NCBI RefSeq assembly: GCF_001194135.2
Contig: NC_068993.1
Span: forward strand, 17,761,668-17,825,667
DNA: 64,000 bases
DNA from: Octopus bimaculoides
Lineage: Eukaryota
Direction of reading: 5' to 3'
The position numbers were made by a program, and so were the translations under genes. Below are positions 24,996-37,096 of the stretch, one piece after another. Positions within the stretch are counted from its first letter, which is position 1. The number at the start of each line of letters is the position of its first letter. Below the pieces are notes generated by a model. The model made no database searches. It was not told where the DNA came from and saw only the letters and a program-made list of their open reading frames with translations.

Positions 24996-25744
24996 TCGTC
25001 GTCAGCTACAAACTATCCAATGTTTACAATTGAACAGATTGAATTGATTCGGCGACTGCGCAACAGTGGAATAACTAAGGAACAAGTTGTAGAAGCTTTT
25101 GAACGCTTCGACCGTATTGACCAAGAACTTGGACTCTTGTACACAGTTCCATCCAGTGGTGCTTCACCTTCTTCTACAGCGACAGCGAGCCAAACGCTCA
25201 ATGTTGCCGTCACTGCCAGTGCGCAGTCGAGTGTCACAAATGTGCCCACCACCACCACTGCCTTCGCCCTTAGCCAGGGTGCGGCAGTGTCACGGTCAAA
25301 CGGACAATACTCATTGTACACATCATCTCGGCCGTCATTCTCATCATCATCCCCACAGTCGGACAATGGACAATCAGATCTTAAACCTCCTAGCAATAAA
25401 CGGCCACGAGAGGAGTGCAGTGAAAATAACCATGACGAGTCTCTGCAAGAAAACAGTCAAATTCAACGGGCCCACAATTCTGTTCACAATTCCATGTCGC
25501 TAGGAGGAGGAAATTCTTTAACTACTAACAGATCCTTGTCATATGCCGACAGTCATTCAACCATCACAGCATCTCAAAATTCTACAGTGCCCAATTCTTT
25601 GTCAGGAACACAGAACTCACCAGCTTCACGGGTTAATGACTCAATGCCCAACTTAGCAAGTGGAGCATTAGATGATAGCCAGTTGGCAATTAACTTAGAA
25701 AATAATCCAGATTTGGAAATTGAAGAACTACAAGAATTTATGAA
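24996..25744 (+). CDS. HMBOX1: HMBOX1-like homeobox gene, first visible coding exon (HNF1-type N-terminal domain plus S/T/A/N-rich low-complexity region)
   Basis: Encodes MFTIEQIELIRRLRNSGITKEQVVEAFERFDRIDQELG, matching the HMBOX1 N-terminus as I recall it (FTIEQIDLLQRLRRTGMTKHEILHALETLDRLD). Polypyrimidine tract + CAG ends at 24995, ATG at 25020, donor GTAAGT at 25745 (phase 2). Confidence 0.92.
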
Positions 25745-26110
25745 GTAAGTCATTGTTTTTTTATAGTTTAAAAAAAAATATTATTGTCATTATTATTGTT
25801 TTTATTTCTTATATTGAGAAAGGCAATGTAGTCAAATGCATGGTTGTGTGGACAAGAAGCTTGATTTCCGACTACATGGTTTGAGGTTCAGTCCCACTGT
25901 GTGAAACTTTGAGCAAGTGTTTTCTACTATAGCCTTGGGCTGACTAAAGGCTTTCTGAGTGTATTTGGTAGACAGAAACTGATGGAAGACAGTCATATAT
26001 ATGATCTGAATTCAGAATGAAAAGAGCTGCATTGCATTAGTTGTATTACACAATATAAAGTGATTGGAATTTAATAGGAAACTGTATTAGATTCCTGTTG
26101 CTTGCATGTC

Positions 26111-26152
<42 letters not shown>

Positions 26153-26487
26153 TGTGTGTGTGTGTGCATATGTGTGTGCACGTGTGTAAATAATCTATTA
26201 GTGTTTCTTTGTCTTGACATCACCAACATAAAAACAGTGGCTTTTGTTTCCAGACATCTGAAAACAGATCCGGCCATGGGAAAATATTATTACTATATCT
26301 GAAAACAGGTGAAGTTTGCCAATAGGAAGGGTATCCAGCCATAGAAAATCTACATTGACAAATTCTGTCCAACCCATGCAAAAATAGGAAAGTGCATGTT
26401 AAGGAAATTATATATACTACGATAACACTATGACTTTATAAAAAATGGATATTGCTGATTGATTTGATCCTTCCTACAGTGCTGTAA

Positions 26488-26707
26488 CCCTTTCGTTACC
26501 AACCCGGCTGAGACTGGTTCTGGCTCTGAGTACAAATGTCTTGTTTTCAAAAGTTCTGAATTAAAATCTTCTACCAAACCTTAGTCACAATTTATGTTCC
26601 TAACACTAGCTTAATGATAACTAAATTATTTTACTAAATTCTTTGTTATATTTAAAGTAATTGAAAGAAACACAGAGCATCTCAAAATAAATACAGTAAT
26701 GAAAGGG
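26488..26707. mobile_element. 220-bp TTAA-type piggyBac-like MITE (family G)
   Basis: CCCTTTCGTTAC ... GTAATGAAAGGG|TTAA. Related copies near 14317-14535, 15306-15537, 21178-21543 and 22015-22250. Confidence 0.75.
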
Positions 26708-26827
26708 TTAAGACGCCACTTATGTAATCAATGTGTATTCAATAGGCACAGCTCTGATTTTATTGCAAGTTCTCATTTAGCATCTCTTCTATTTCTTCTA
26801 CCAGTTTATTTATTTCTTTTTACTATA

Positions 26828-27150
26828 TTTTGTGCTGGTGTGACTATGTGGTAAGAAGTTTGCTTCCCAACCACATGATTCTGAGTTTAGTCCAACTGTG
26901 TAGCATCTTGGTCTAGCGTCCTCTGCTAAGTGGGCCAACCAAAGCCTTATGAGTGGATATGGTAAACAGAAACTGAAAGAAGCCCATTAGGCGCAGGAGT
27001 GGCTGTGTGGTAAGTAGGTTACTTACCAACCACGTGGTTCTGGGTTCAGTCCCACTGCATGGCACCTTGGCCAAGAGTCTTCTACTATAGCCTTGGGCCG
27101 ACCAAAGCGTTGTGAGTGGATTTGGTAGACAGAAACTGAAAGAAGCCTGT

Positions 27151-27192
<42 letters not shown>

Positions 27193-27900
27193 GTATGTGT
27201 ATGTGTATATGTTTGTTTGTCTGTGGTTATTCCCCCAACATCATTTGACAACTGATGCTGGTGTGCTTATATCCCCGTAACTTAGCAGTTCAGCAAAAGA
27301 GACCAATAGAGTAAGTGCTAGGCTTACAACGAATAGGTCCTGAGGTCAATTTGTTTAACTAAAGGCGGTGCTCCAGCATGGCCACGGTCAAATGATTGAA
27401 ACAAATAAAAGAATACACATACACACACACACACACACATGCATGTACATATGTGTGTGTATGACTATGTTTGTATTTGTCCCCCACCACTGCTTGACAA
27501 CTGGTGTTGATTTGTTTGTTCTTGTAACTTAACAGTTTGCTGAAAGAATCAATAGAATCAGTACCAGGTTTTAAAAAATAACTACTGGTTTCAATTCATT
27601 CAACTAAGATCCTTCAAGGCAGTGCCCCAGCATGGCCACTGCCCAGTGACTGAAACAAGTAAAAGATAGAAAAAAAATTGTGAACAGGTGTGGCTAAAAA
27701 GGCCACTTCCCAACCATGTGGTTTTTGGGTTCAGTTCCCATGAGTGTCTTGAACAAGTGTCTTCTAATACAGTCTCAGGCTGACCAAAGCCTTGTAAGTG
27801 GATTTGGTAGACAGAAACTGAAAAGAAGCCTTTCATATATGCATATCCATCTATCTATCTGTCTGTATGTATGTATGTATGTCTGTATGTATATATGTAT
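26828..27900 (+). mobile_element. Nest of family A SINEs (copy 26989-27415 inside an older copy, followed by a third head)
   Basis: Head 26828-26985, complete younger copy, resumed 3' half 27420-27670, new head from about 27683. Confidence 0.75.
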
Positions 27901-29159
27901 GTAGGTGTGTGAGTTTCCCTTTGTGAGTGATTTCATATCTGTCTTATTTACACATGCATTTCACTCACTGGTTTGTAAATAATAGCTTCACTAATGATGT
28001 TATTTGCTTACAGTTCGTGACAAAAGTATGTCCAGGCTTCCTGACATGCCTTAACATGTATGATCTTTGGTAACAAAAGGCTCATTTCATTATCAGTTTG
28101 TTTCTATCACCCCATAAATCATGTCTGGGCTATTTGTTGTTTGATAGACTGAGGGATTATTACCTCACTTGGAAACAGGCTTGCGGGGTTTAGTGACAGG
28201 ATGAGCATACAGCTGTAGAAAACTCTGATTTAGCTTTTATTGCTAGCAATCAGGTGACATGTAAAGGCTTTCTTGTTGTCTTATCAATAATGAATGTATT
28301 AATGTTGATGGAAGAGAGAGAGAGAGAGCAAAGACAGAGAACAATGTGAGACTAAATGTGAAACCACGTGATTAGGAAATTAATGTCTTAACTACACAGT
28401 TAAGCCTTTGTATAAGGAGTCCCTATTTGCTTCGCCCTCCAAAAGTAAATAACAATTTAATTCATGTATAACAATTTATAGTAGGGTCTATGATATTTAA
28501 CTAGTTTCAATATTCATTCCGTAGCCTACACCAGTGTCGCATAACCAGCCCACCTAAAAAGTACTTTTGAATTGTCAGGCGACATGCCGTGCTTGAGGAG
28601 ACCTATTGAGTCAAGTAAAATCAAAATCAAATCAAATCAAATTACAATCAAATGGAAATTGTAGTTGTGGCTGATGCCAGTGCCGCCTGACTGGCTCCTG
28701 TGCTGGTGGCATGCAATAAGCACCATTCATGCATCGGTCATTGCTAGTACCACCTGACTGGCTCCCCCTGCCGATGGCATGTAAAAAGCACCATCCGAAC
28801 GTGGTCGATGCACCATCCGAACATGGTTGATGCACCGTCTGAGCGTGGGTGATGCACTGTCTGAATGATGATGATGATGATGATGATGATTCACATGTTA
28901 GATAACTTCTGTATGTTTTTGGAACTCTACTTGTTATACATTAATAATCCTTTCTACTATAGGCACAAGGCCTGAATTTTTTTTTTTTTTTTTGGTGGGA
29001 GAAGGGGTGCTAGTCGACTGCATTGACCCTGGTGCCCAACTGGCACTTATTTTAATGACCTCGGAAGAATGAAAGGTAGCGTCAACCTTAGCAGAATTTG
29101 AAATCAATGTAAACATGGACAAAATATCACTAAGCGTTTTGTCCAACATTATATATTAA

Positions 29160-29379
29160 CCCTTCAGCATTCAGATTACCCTGCCAAATGCAATGGTTTG
29201 CATTCACATTGTTTTTGAATTAATCATGCATTATTTCATAGCTCTGTGATTTCAATGGTGTGATTGTTTATTTTTAGAATTACATTGTAGGGTAAGTATG
29301 AGAGGCCAAATCTGGCCAGGTTGAACATAAGACAGATGGAGTATTTGGGCCGGATATGGCTGGTTTAAATGCTGAAGGG
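29160..29379. mobile_element. 220-bp TTAA-flanked piggyBac-type MITE (family H)
   Basis: TTAA|CCCTTCAGCATT ... AATGCTGAAGGG|TTAA. Related copies near 11595-11819, 22270-23779 (interrupted), 39907-40133 and 50349-50562. Confidence 0.8.
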
Positions 29380-30954
29380 TTAATAATAGTACTATTTTCA
29401 ATATTGTGCATCTGGATGCATTTTGATTTGTGCCTTCAGTTCTTGAATATACCTTTGTGTGTGTGTGTGTGTGTGTGCACGCATTTCACCCATGCACCAT
29501 CTCTAACCATCCCTCATTCCCTCCATATATTCTTGCAATCTCCTCCCTCCTGCACTTCCTGTTCTTCTGTTCTCACTGACTTCCTCTATTCACCATCTTT
29601 CACCTTAAGGGTCTGTTCTGATGCTCCATCTCCACTATTTTTATTGCTCTTACCAGTTCCAGTCTGATTACTCTTGCCCACTCTTGTATAATGCAAGTGA
29701 CTCTGTATTTTTCTCTACAGCGAGAAACCTGTTCTTACCTCTTCTTCCATACTTTAACCTCACATCATCTAGCACAAAGCTGCTTCCCTCTCCACTGTAG
29801 CTCCAATCAGTTGAAGTAGAGCTTAGTCTTGTGGGGTACTTTGTGACTCCCCTCCACCCACACTGACACACTAGTTGGTGATATGAAATAAGCTCCTGGT
29901 ACACTCAGTAAAGTGGTTGTCATTAGGAAGGGCATCCAGTCTTACAAACCATGTCAAAGCAGACATTGGAGCATGATGCAGTCTCTAGATCCACTCAAAT
30001 CTATTAGTCCATCTAGCCCATGCCAGTATGATAGGTAGATGTTAAAAGATGATGATGATGATGACAATGATATGTATGTATTCATGTATATGTATACACA
30101 CATATATATGTGTGTGTAGACATCATATTTGGCCTTAAAAAAATACATGCAAAATGTCTATCTTCATTTGTTTCTAGGTGCAGAGACACTGTATGTAGTC
30201 TTAAAACACACACAGAGACAGACACTAACATAGACACACACACACACACACAACACACACACACACACACAACGCACACAAACATAAAACTAAATATCTG
30301 TGGATATATTTGTTGTTTTTAGATTTAAACATTCCTATAGAGAATTCTTGTGTACTAATTACCTGCATAATCTCGATTAACAAAGTTTTTCACAAGACAC
30401 TTTATTTTGCTTATGTGTGAAATACTTCCATACTTGTAGTTAGTATGCACAGTTCTCTACCACCATATTTTCTCCTCATCCATACTATATGTATTTATGT
30501 GTGTGAAACAAATATTATATTTGCTGCTGTGTCACATATTTAAGCCTTTTATTATTCTTAGGTTATTCATGTACATTAATATAAGGTTTATTCAAATAAT
30601 TGCACACATGCTGATTGTAATTTACCTCTGTATCAATTCTGAGATCAATTTACTAATTAATTAATTAATTAACAATACAGAAGTAAACTGCATCCATCAC
30701 ATGTGCTTTTATTAATTAATTAGTTAATTGATTAACAATATAGAGGTAAACTACAACTAGTGCATGTGTTTTTGTGGGTATATGACCCTACCAAAGTATA
30801 GCAATAAAATGATTAATTTGAGGCATAAAAGTAACACTCATCTCTCTCTCTCACACACACACACAGTATAGGCGACAGAAAAATTAACGAATTGGTTAAT
30901 TAACAAACATAAATAAACTGCAACCAGATTGTAGTTTCAACACAATTCTTTCTT

Positions 30955-31305
30955 GTTTTTCCTTTTACTTGTTTCACTTATTGGACTGCAGCTATGCTAG
31001 GGCACCACCTTGAAAGGTTTAGTTGAATTAATCGATCTACGTTCTTTTTTTAAAAGTCTAGTACTTATTCGGTTAGTCTGTTTTGTCAGACCGCTAAGTT
31101 ATAGGGATGTAAACAAATCAGTACCGGCCGTCAAGCAGTGGTTGGGGACAAACACACACAGAAGCATACATATACGACGGGCTTCCACACAGTCTTCACT
31201 ACAAGGCATTAGTCAGCTTGGGGCTGTGATAGAAGACACCTGCCCAAGGTGCAACGCAATGCGACTATGTGATTGCAAAGCCAGCTTCTTAACCACGCAT
31301 ACATA
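30955..31305 (-). mobile_element. SINE family A copy
   Basis: Similarity to family A. Confidence 0.7.
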
Positions 31306-32441
31306 CCTGCGTTGGATCAATCCGAAAATGTTACTCTTTTAATATTCAAAACAATATGTTATGTTCTCTTATGTTATATGTTGTATCTTTGTTCTGCTTT
31401 CAAATATTTACTATATATTAGGCATAATGATTCCTTAGAGAAAGACAAGGCCTGATATTCTAAGGACCGGAAACAATCGATTATAATAATTTATTTTATC
31501 GGCCCGGAAGGATGAAAAAGATGTCAACTCTGACCCCTGTGGGATCTGAACCCAAAATGTTAAGGGCTGTGACTTAAATACTGCAAAACATTTTCTCCGA
31601 CACGCCCACGATTCTACTAATTCATTATTCCCTTTGTACATATGCATAAACGATGAGTTTGAGTTGGAAAAAAAAAATCCGTAATAGGGGAAATAACTCT
31701 TGGTGTCATTTTGCTGAAATATGAATTCGTCTGAGAATATATTATTAACAGTAAATTAAATTTTATTTTATCCTTGTAACAGAGATGTAGATGTGGTGGA
31801 GGGAAAACATTGCTTTTATTCTTTCCTTGATCTCTGTTTTGTAGAAGTGGGAGGTATGCGTGTGCGTGTGAGAGTAAAGTTCATGCGGGGATTTTTATGA
31901 AGGACGTTTATCGTTTTAAAGAAAACTTTGTGAGTAAAAAAGGGGTTGATGTAGAGACACAGAAAAGAAGTTCAGACAGGTTTGGTTGTGCAAGTCACAG
32001 GTGGAACTTTGTTGTTGGTGTCGTCGTTTAAACCTAGATCGACTCTGAATGGGTAGACATATGATCAAAAGCATTCCAGCCATGACACCCCACTCCCATT
32101 TTTTTCTCAGACGTGTGTCTGCACATACACACACACACGAGGGGAACTTGAGTGGCTTGGCAATCCAACTCCTGGAGACAGGGAGATCACTTGGCTGATG
32201 GTTGATGAGGATATTATCTGATGTGCCCTTTTTTTTTTCTTTTTTCTAAAATGATAGGATGTAATCTGCTCCATATTGAGGCTCCTCTGCATTATTTTGT
32301 AATAAATTCAGTTTACCCTGTGGATATAGTTTAAGAAGCCCTTTATTCTCAAAGCTGATTTTTCCAAGTTACACCAGATAAAAATGGAGCTTTCTATGGT
32401 GCTCAACCCATCCAAATAGTTATGAAGTCTAACTGATTATA

Positions 32442-32568
32442 CAGGGTGTCCACAAAGTCTGGGTAGATGGGGATTAACACATACTTTAAGAAATTATTAT
32501 TTCTTATATTTAATTGTTTATGTTATGATTTTATTTGCTCCATGTACCCAGACCTTGTGGACACCCTG
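32442..32568. mobile_element. 127-bp Tc1/mariner-type MITE
   Basis: About 28-bp TIR CAGGGTGTCCACAA(A/G)GTCTGGGTA; TA on the left, CA on the right. Confidence 0.75.
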
Positions 32569-32698
32569 CAGAATAATATATCTTGCCTTAGAAATAGTGT
32601 ATTTGGATCCTATAGATAATATATTTAAACCTTATAGAGAGTGTGAAAGTGTATTTGAACCTTACAGTAGTATATTTGGATCTTATTGTAGTACTGAG

Positions 32699-32742
32699 TT
32701 GGATTGGATTGGATTGGATTGGATTGGATTGGATTGGATTGG
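32699..32742. repeat. (TTGGA)n pentanucleotide microsatellite
   Basis: About 8-9 perfect units. Confidence 0.9.
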
Positions 32743-34049
32743 CTATATTCAGTCCCGGATAAAGGCCTCAGCATGTTCTCTCCACCAACCATGTTTCAAC
32801 GTGGAGGTTTGAGATCATATTGATTTGATGAGTTTACTCTGCCAAACTGGCTTGACATGGCTTGGCAGAGAGATGCAGTTTTTATTTATTTTTGGTACTC
32901 ATACCCAGGAGTAGTTAAATCAATTACATCAATCCCAGTGCTCAACTGGTACATATTTTATCAACTCCCAAAAAGATGAGAGGCTAAGTCGACCTCAGCA
33001 GAATTTAAGTTCAGAATGTAAAGGCAGACAAATTACTGCTAATCATTTCATCTGGCATGCTAGCAATTCTTCCAGCTCACCACCTATTGTAGTATATTGT
33101 ACCTTAAATTATATTTGGATATTTACATTGCATATTTATGCCTTATAGATACTATGTTTAAAGTTTATAGTTGGGGCATGACTATGTGACTAAGAAGTTT
33201 GCTTCACAACCATGTAGCTTCAGTTGCATGGTGCTTGGAAAACTGCTAAAAGATAGCAAATGAAGAGCATCTTGGTCTTAGAAAATCTGCCTCAATGAAT
33301 TCTGTCTGACCCATGAAAGCATAGAAAAATGGGTGTTAGAACAATGATGAGGATTATTAAAATATAATATTTCCACAATTTATGTCTAATGTTTGACTTG
33401 TCTTGACATAAAACATTATCAGGTTATCAGCTCTCCATTGAAAATGTGGTTATGGCTCTTATTTTCTGTGTACTCTTACCATCAAATATATCTAAACCCT
33501 CTTAACTTTGTTTGCTTTGATTGTCTGCCTCAGTGTTGGTATTGGTATCTCAGAAACTACTCAAGTTAGCAAGTCCAAATATTTTATCAGTTATTATTAC
33601 AAAGCAAAAAGGCAGTGAGCTGGCAGAGTTGTTAGCATGCCGGGTGAAATGCTTAGCGGTATTTAATCTACTGCCATGTTCTGGGTTCAAATTTTGCCGA
33701 GGTCGACTTTGCCTTTCATCCTTTTGTGGTTGAATAATTAAGTACCAGTTGAATACTGGGGTCAAAGTTGAAAGGATTATTACAAAGCAAAATTTTAATT
33801 TTAATTTTTTCCTCCCACCCTAAAATTTTACTTTATGTTTCAAGTTATTTTAGATAACTTTTGTGGGAACTAAACATAAGGAAAACAAAATCAGTCACAC
33901 ACACACACACACACACATATGCATGCACACACATTACCCTCACCATCACCATCACCACCACCCTCTAGAATTTTATATTTGGAGAAGGAAAGCCTTGCAG
34001 TATTTCCTGATACTCTTTGGGAGATAGAGATTAGTAATTTTTTTTCTTT

Positions 34050-34588
34050 TATCTTTTATCTTTTACTTGTTTTTGTCATTGGACTGCAGCCATTCTGGGG
34101 CACTGCCTTGAAAGGTTTAGCCAAACAACTCAACCCCAAATTAATTATTCTTAAAGTCTGGTACATATTTTATTAATCTCTTTTGGTGAACTACTATGTT
34201 ATGGGAACATAAACAAACCAACACGTGTTATCAAGTTGTGTGGAAGGGGATACATAAACACTCACACTCACACACACACACACACGCATGCATATACACA
34301 CACATGCACACACACACACACACACACACATGCACACAAGTAACAGACAAGAACCCTGTGTCTATCTCCCAAATTCACTCACATGGCATTGTTTGACCCA
34401 GGGCTACAGTACAAAAAAACTTTGCCCAAAGTACGGTAGAATAGGACTGAACCTGAAACCAAATTCACTCACATGGCATTGTTTGACCCAGGGCTACAGT
34501 ACAAAAAACTTTGCCCAAAGTACGGTAGAATAGGACTGAACCTGAAACCATGTGGTTGCAAGCTTCTTAACCACACAGCCATGCCTAT
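34050..34588 (-). mobile_element. SINE family A copy with internal 90-bp tandem duplication
   Basis: 34369-34458 is repeated at 34459-34548. Confidence 0.75.
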
Positions 34589-35582
34589 GTATAGGGTATG
34601 ACATTGAAGCAATTTTAAACAGAACTAATTAATTCTAAGTGTAATTAACTAATTAACAGAAAGGAGATTGGCTTTATGAACTGAAGCAGTGTGTGTGATA
34701 AAATGTTCTATCCAAAATACAACACAAGATTTGGACTCAGGTTCAAAAGCAGGTCGACTACTTTATTTACCCAGCCATTTTGCCTTCACCACAAATATAT
34801 TTTATTGATGAACATTAGTCATTATATGCTGTGAAGGAGACAAACATCCTGAGAAGCAAAAAAAAAACCTTCATTCATCATGCTTGCATAAGTTGAACAA
34901 AATTTATTGAGGCAGATTTTCTAGGGCTCATACCCTTTCTATAGCTGACTCTTACTTCTTTCCAAGCAAGGTAATACATATATATGTATATATACAAATG
35001 GCTCAGTGGTTAGAGTGTCAGGCTCACAATTATGAAGCTGTGTGTTGTGTTCTTGAGCAAGACACTTTACTTCACATTGCTCCAGTTCACTCAGCTGTAG
35101 AAATGAGTTGCGACATCAATGGTGCCGAGCTGTATTGGCCTTTGCCTTTCCTTTGGGTAACACTGGCGATGTGGAAATTAGAGGCTGGAATGCATGGGCG
35201 ACTGCTGGTCTTCCATAAATAACCTTGATCGGACTTGTGTCTTGGAGGGTAACTTTCTAGGTGCCATAGTCATTCATGACCAGGGGTGGGGTCCAAACCC
35301 TTATATATATATATATGTATATATGGCATATGTCAATGTGTTTGTGGTTGTGTTTGTGTCTCCTTGGCTAGACATCACTTGATAGTGGTAAACAGACGTT
35401 ACACTCATGCAAATAGTGGCCTTTATTACCAATCTTTAATGGAAACATGTCTAGCCATAAGGAAATATCACCTTGCTTGGAAATGAGTGAAGGTTGGCAT
35501 TTAAAATGGCTTCTGATCATAGGAAATCTACCTCAGTTAATTCCTTCTGACCCATACAAGCAAAGGAAAGTGAACATTACAA

Positions 35583-35790
35583 GGAGGTGGGGTGCCAGGC
35601 GAAATGTGTAGCAGTATTTCGCCCATCAATACATTCTGAGTTCAAATTCTGCCAAGGTCAACTTTGCCTTTCATCCTTTTGGGGTTGATAAATTAAGTAC
35701 CAGTGAAACACTGGAGTCAATGTAATCGACTAGTCCCCTCCCCAGAAATCTGAGGCCTTGTGCCTTCAGCAGAAAGGATTATTATTATTT
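35583..35790 (+). mobile_element. SINE family D with (ATT)n tail
   Basis: Family D core, tail AAAGGATTATTATT. Confidence 0.75.
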
Positions 35791-35797
35791 TTATTAT

Positions 35798-36116
35798 TGT
35801 ATTTTACTTCTCAGGGCTCTTGACCATACTTGCTCTTGTTAATTCTGTGAGACTGAACAGCATCCTGTTGACAAAGGGCCCTTTTCAAGAGTTATAAGAC
35901 TTATTACTTAAGTGTTAAGTTTCATGGAAGATACTCAACAGCTAAGTACCAATCTCAAAATCCTAGTTCACCCTGATAGAGCAGTTTTTTGAGCACGCTC
36001 TGTCCTCATGTCAATTCCAATTTCTCTAACATATTTTATGGAACTTGGTTGTCCGTGCTCTGAGTGTCCCTACAACTACTGGGATGACAGTTATAGTGCC
36101 CCTACAACTACAGACT
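35798..36116 (-). mobile_element. Second, divergent R4/Dong-clade 3' end in (TAA)n
   Basis: Minus strand TVIPVVVGTLRA...EIGIDMRTERAQKTALSG*TRILRLVLSC*; flanked by (AAT)n on its own strand. Confidence 0.7.
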
Positions 36117-36211
36117 TATTATCATTATTATTATTATTATTATCAGTATTATCATTATTATCATTATTATTATTATCATTATTATTATTGTTATTGTTAT
36201 TGTTATTGTTA

Positions 36212-36254
<43 letters not shown>

Positions 36255-36535
36255 TATTATTATTGAGTGAGAGGGCAGAGCATGCCATCAAAGTGACATT
36301 GGGGTAAAATATATGAAGCCCAGTATACCCATCATGACTACCCGTCTGATAAGGGTACACCAGGCACATGCATCACAATCATATGTGCGCGACATGGTAA
36401 TCTCATATCAAGAGAAACAGCACATGACCTTGCAGGTGGGGCCCAGTTAGGATTTTCTTCTGGTTGAGTAGCCCATCCCACTCAAAAGGTCCTTGAAAAA
36501 GGGTTGTTTAAGGATGTTGAATGAACCAATTATTA

Positions 36536-36575
<40 letters not shown>

Positions 36576-36595
36576 CATTATTATTATTATTATCA

Positions 36596-36629
<34 letters not shown>

Positions 36630-36652
36630 CATCATCATTATTATTATTATTA

Positions 36653-36704
<52 letters not shown>

Positions 36705-36909
36705 GGTGGTGAGTGTTTTGAATCGTTAGTATGCTTAGTGGCGTTTCATCTGTCTTTACATTCTGAGTTCAAATTCCGCTGAGGTTAACTTTGCCTTTCA
36801 TCCTTTCGGGGTCGATAAATTGAGTACCAGTTGCATACTGAGGGTTGATCTAATCGACTGGCCCCCTCCCCAGAAATTTCGGGCCTTGTGCCTAGACTCG
36901 AAAAGATTA

Positions 36910-36964
<55 letters not shown>
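36117..36964. repeat. Long (ATT)n/(ATC)/(GTT) microsatellite tracts interleaved with retroelements
   Basis: Tracts at 36117-36265, 36530-36702 and 36905-36964; similar tracts at 41604-41680, 56810-56871, 62980-63110 and 63298-63363. Confidence 0.9.
36266..36529 (-). mobile_element. Unassigned retroelement 3' segment embedded in (ATT)n
   Basis: GC-richer 260-bp block with (ATT)n on both sides and no ORF; on the minus strand it ends ...CTCACTC(AAT)n. Confidence 0.5.
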
Positions 36965-36966
<2 letters not shown>

Positions 36967-37096
36967 GGCGATGAGCTAATTGGATCGTTAGTACGCTGAG
37001 TAAAATGCTTAGCTGCATTTCGTTTGTCTTTACATTCTGAGTTCAAATTCCGTTGAGGTCAACTTTTGTTTTTCATCCTTTCGGAGTCAATAAAAT
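36703..37096 (+). mobile_element. Two head-to-tail family D SINEs separated by (ATT)n
   Basis: Heads at 36703 and 36965; the second runs into an assembly gap. Confidence 0.8.

Noticed and set aside
25013-25503. Antisense 127-aa and alternate-frame 134-aa ORFs over the first exon
   Set aside because: Shadow ORFs of a GC-richer coding exon with no recognisable motif.
32030-32100. Conserved non-coding element
   Set aside because: Matches the reverse complement of a (CAA)n-tailed SINE end also seen near 16000 and 24200.
36008-37018. Poly-Leu/Ile/Tyr/Asn and His-Thr/Tyr-Ile ORFs (also 9338-9758, 41438-41699, 48291-48593, 63243-63954)
   Set aside because: Translations of microsatellites with no splice or domain support.
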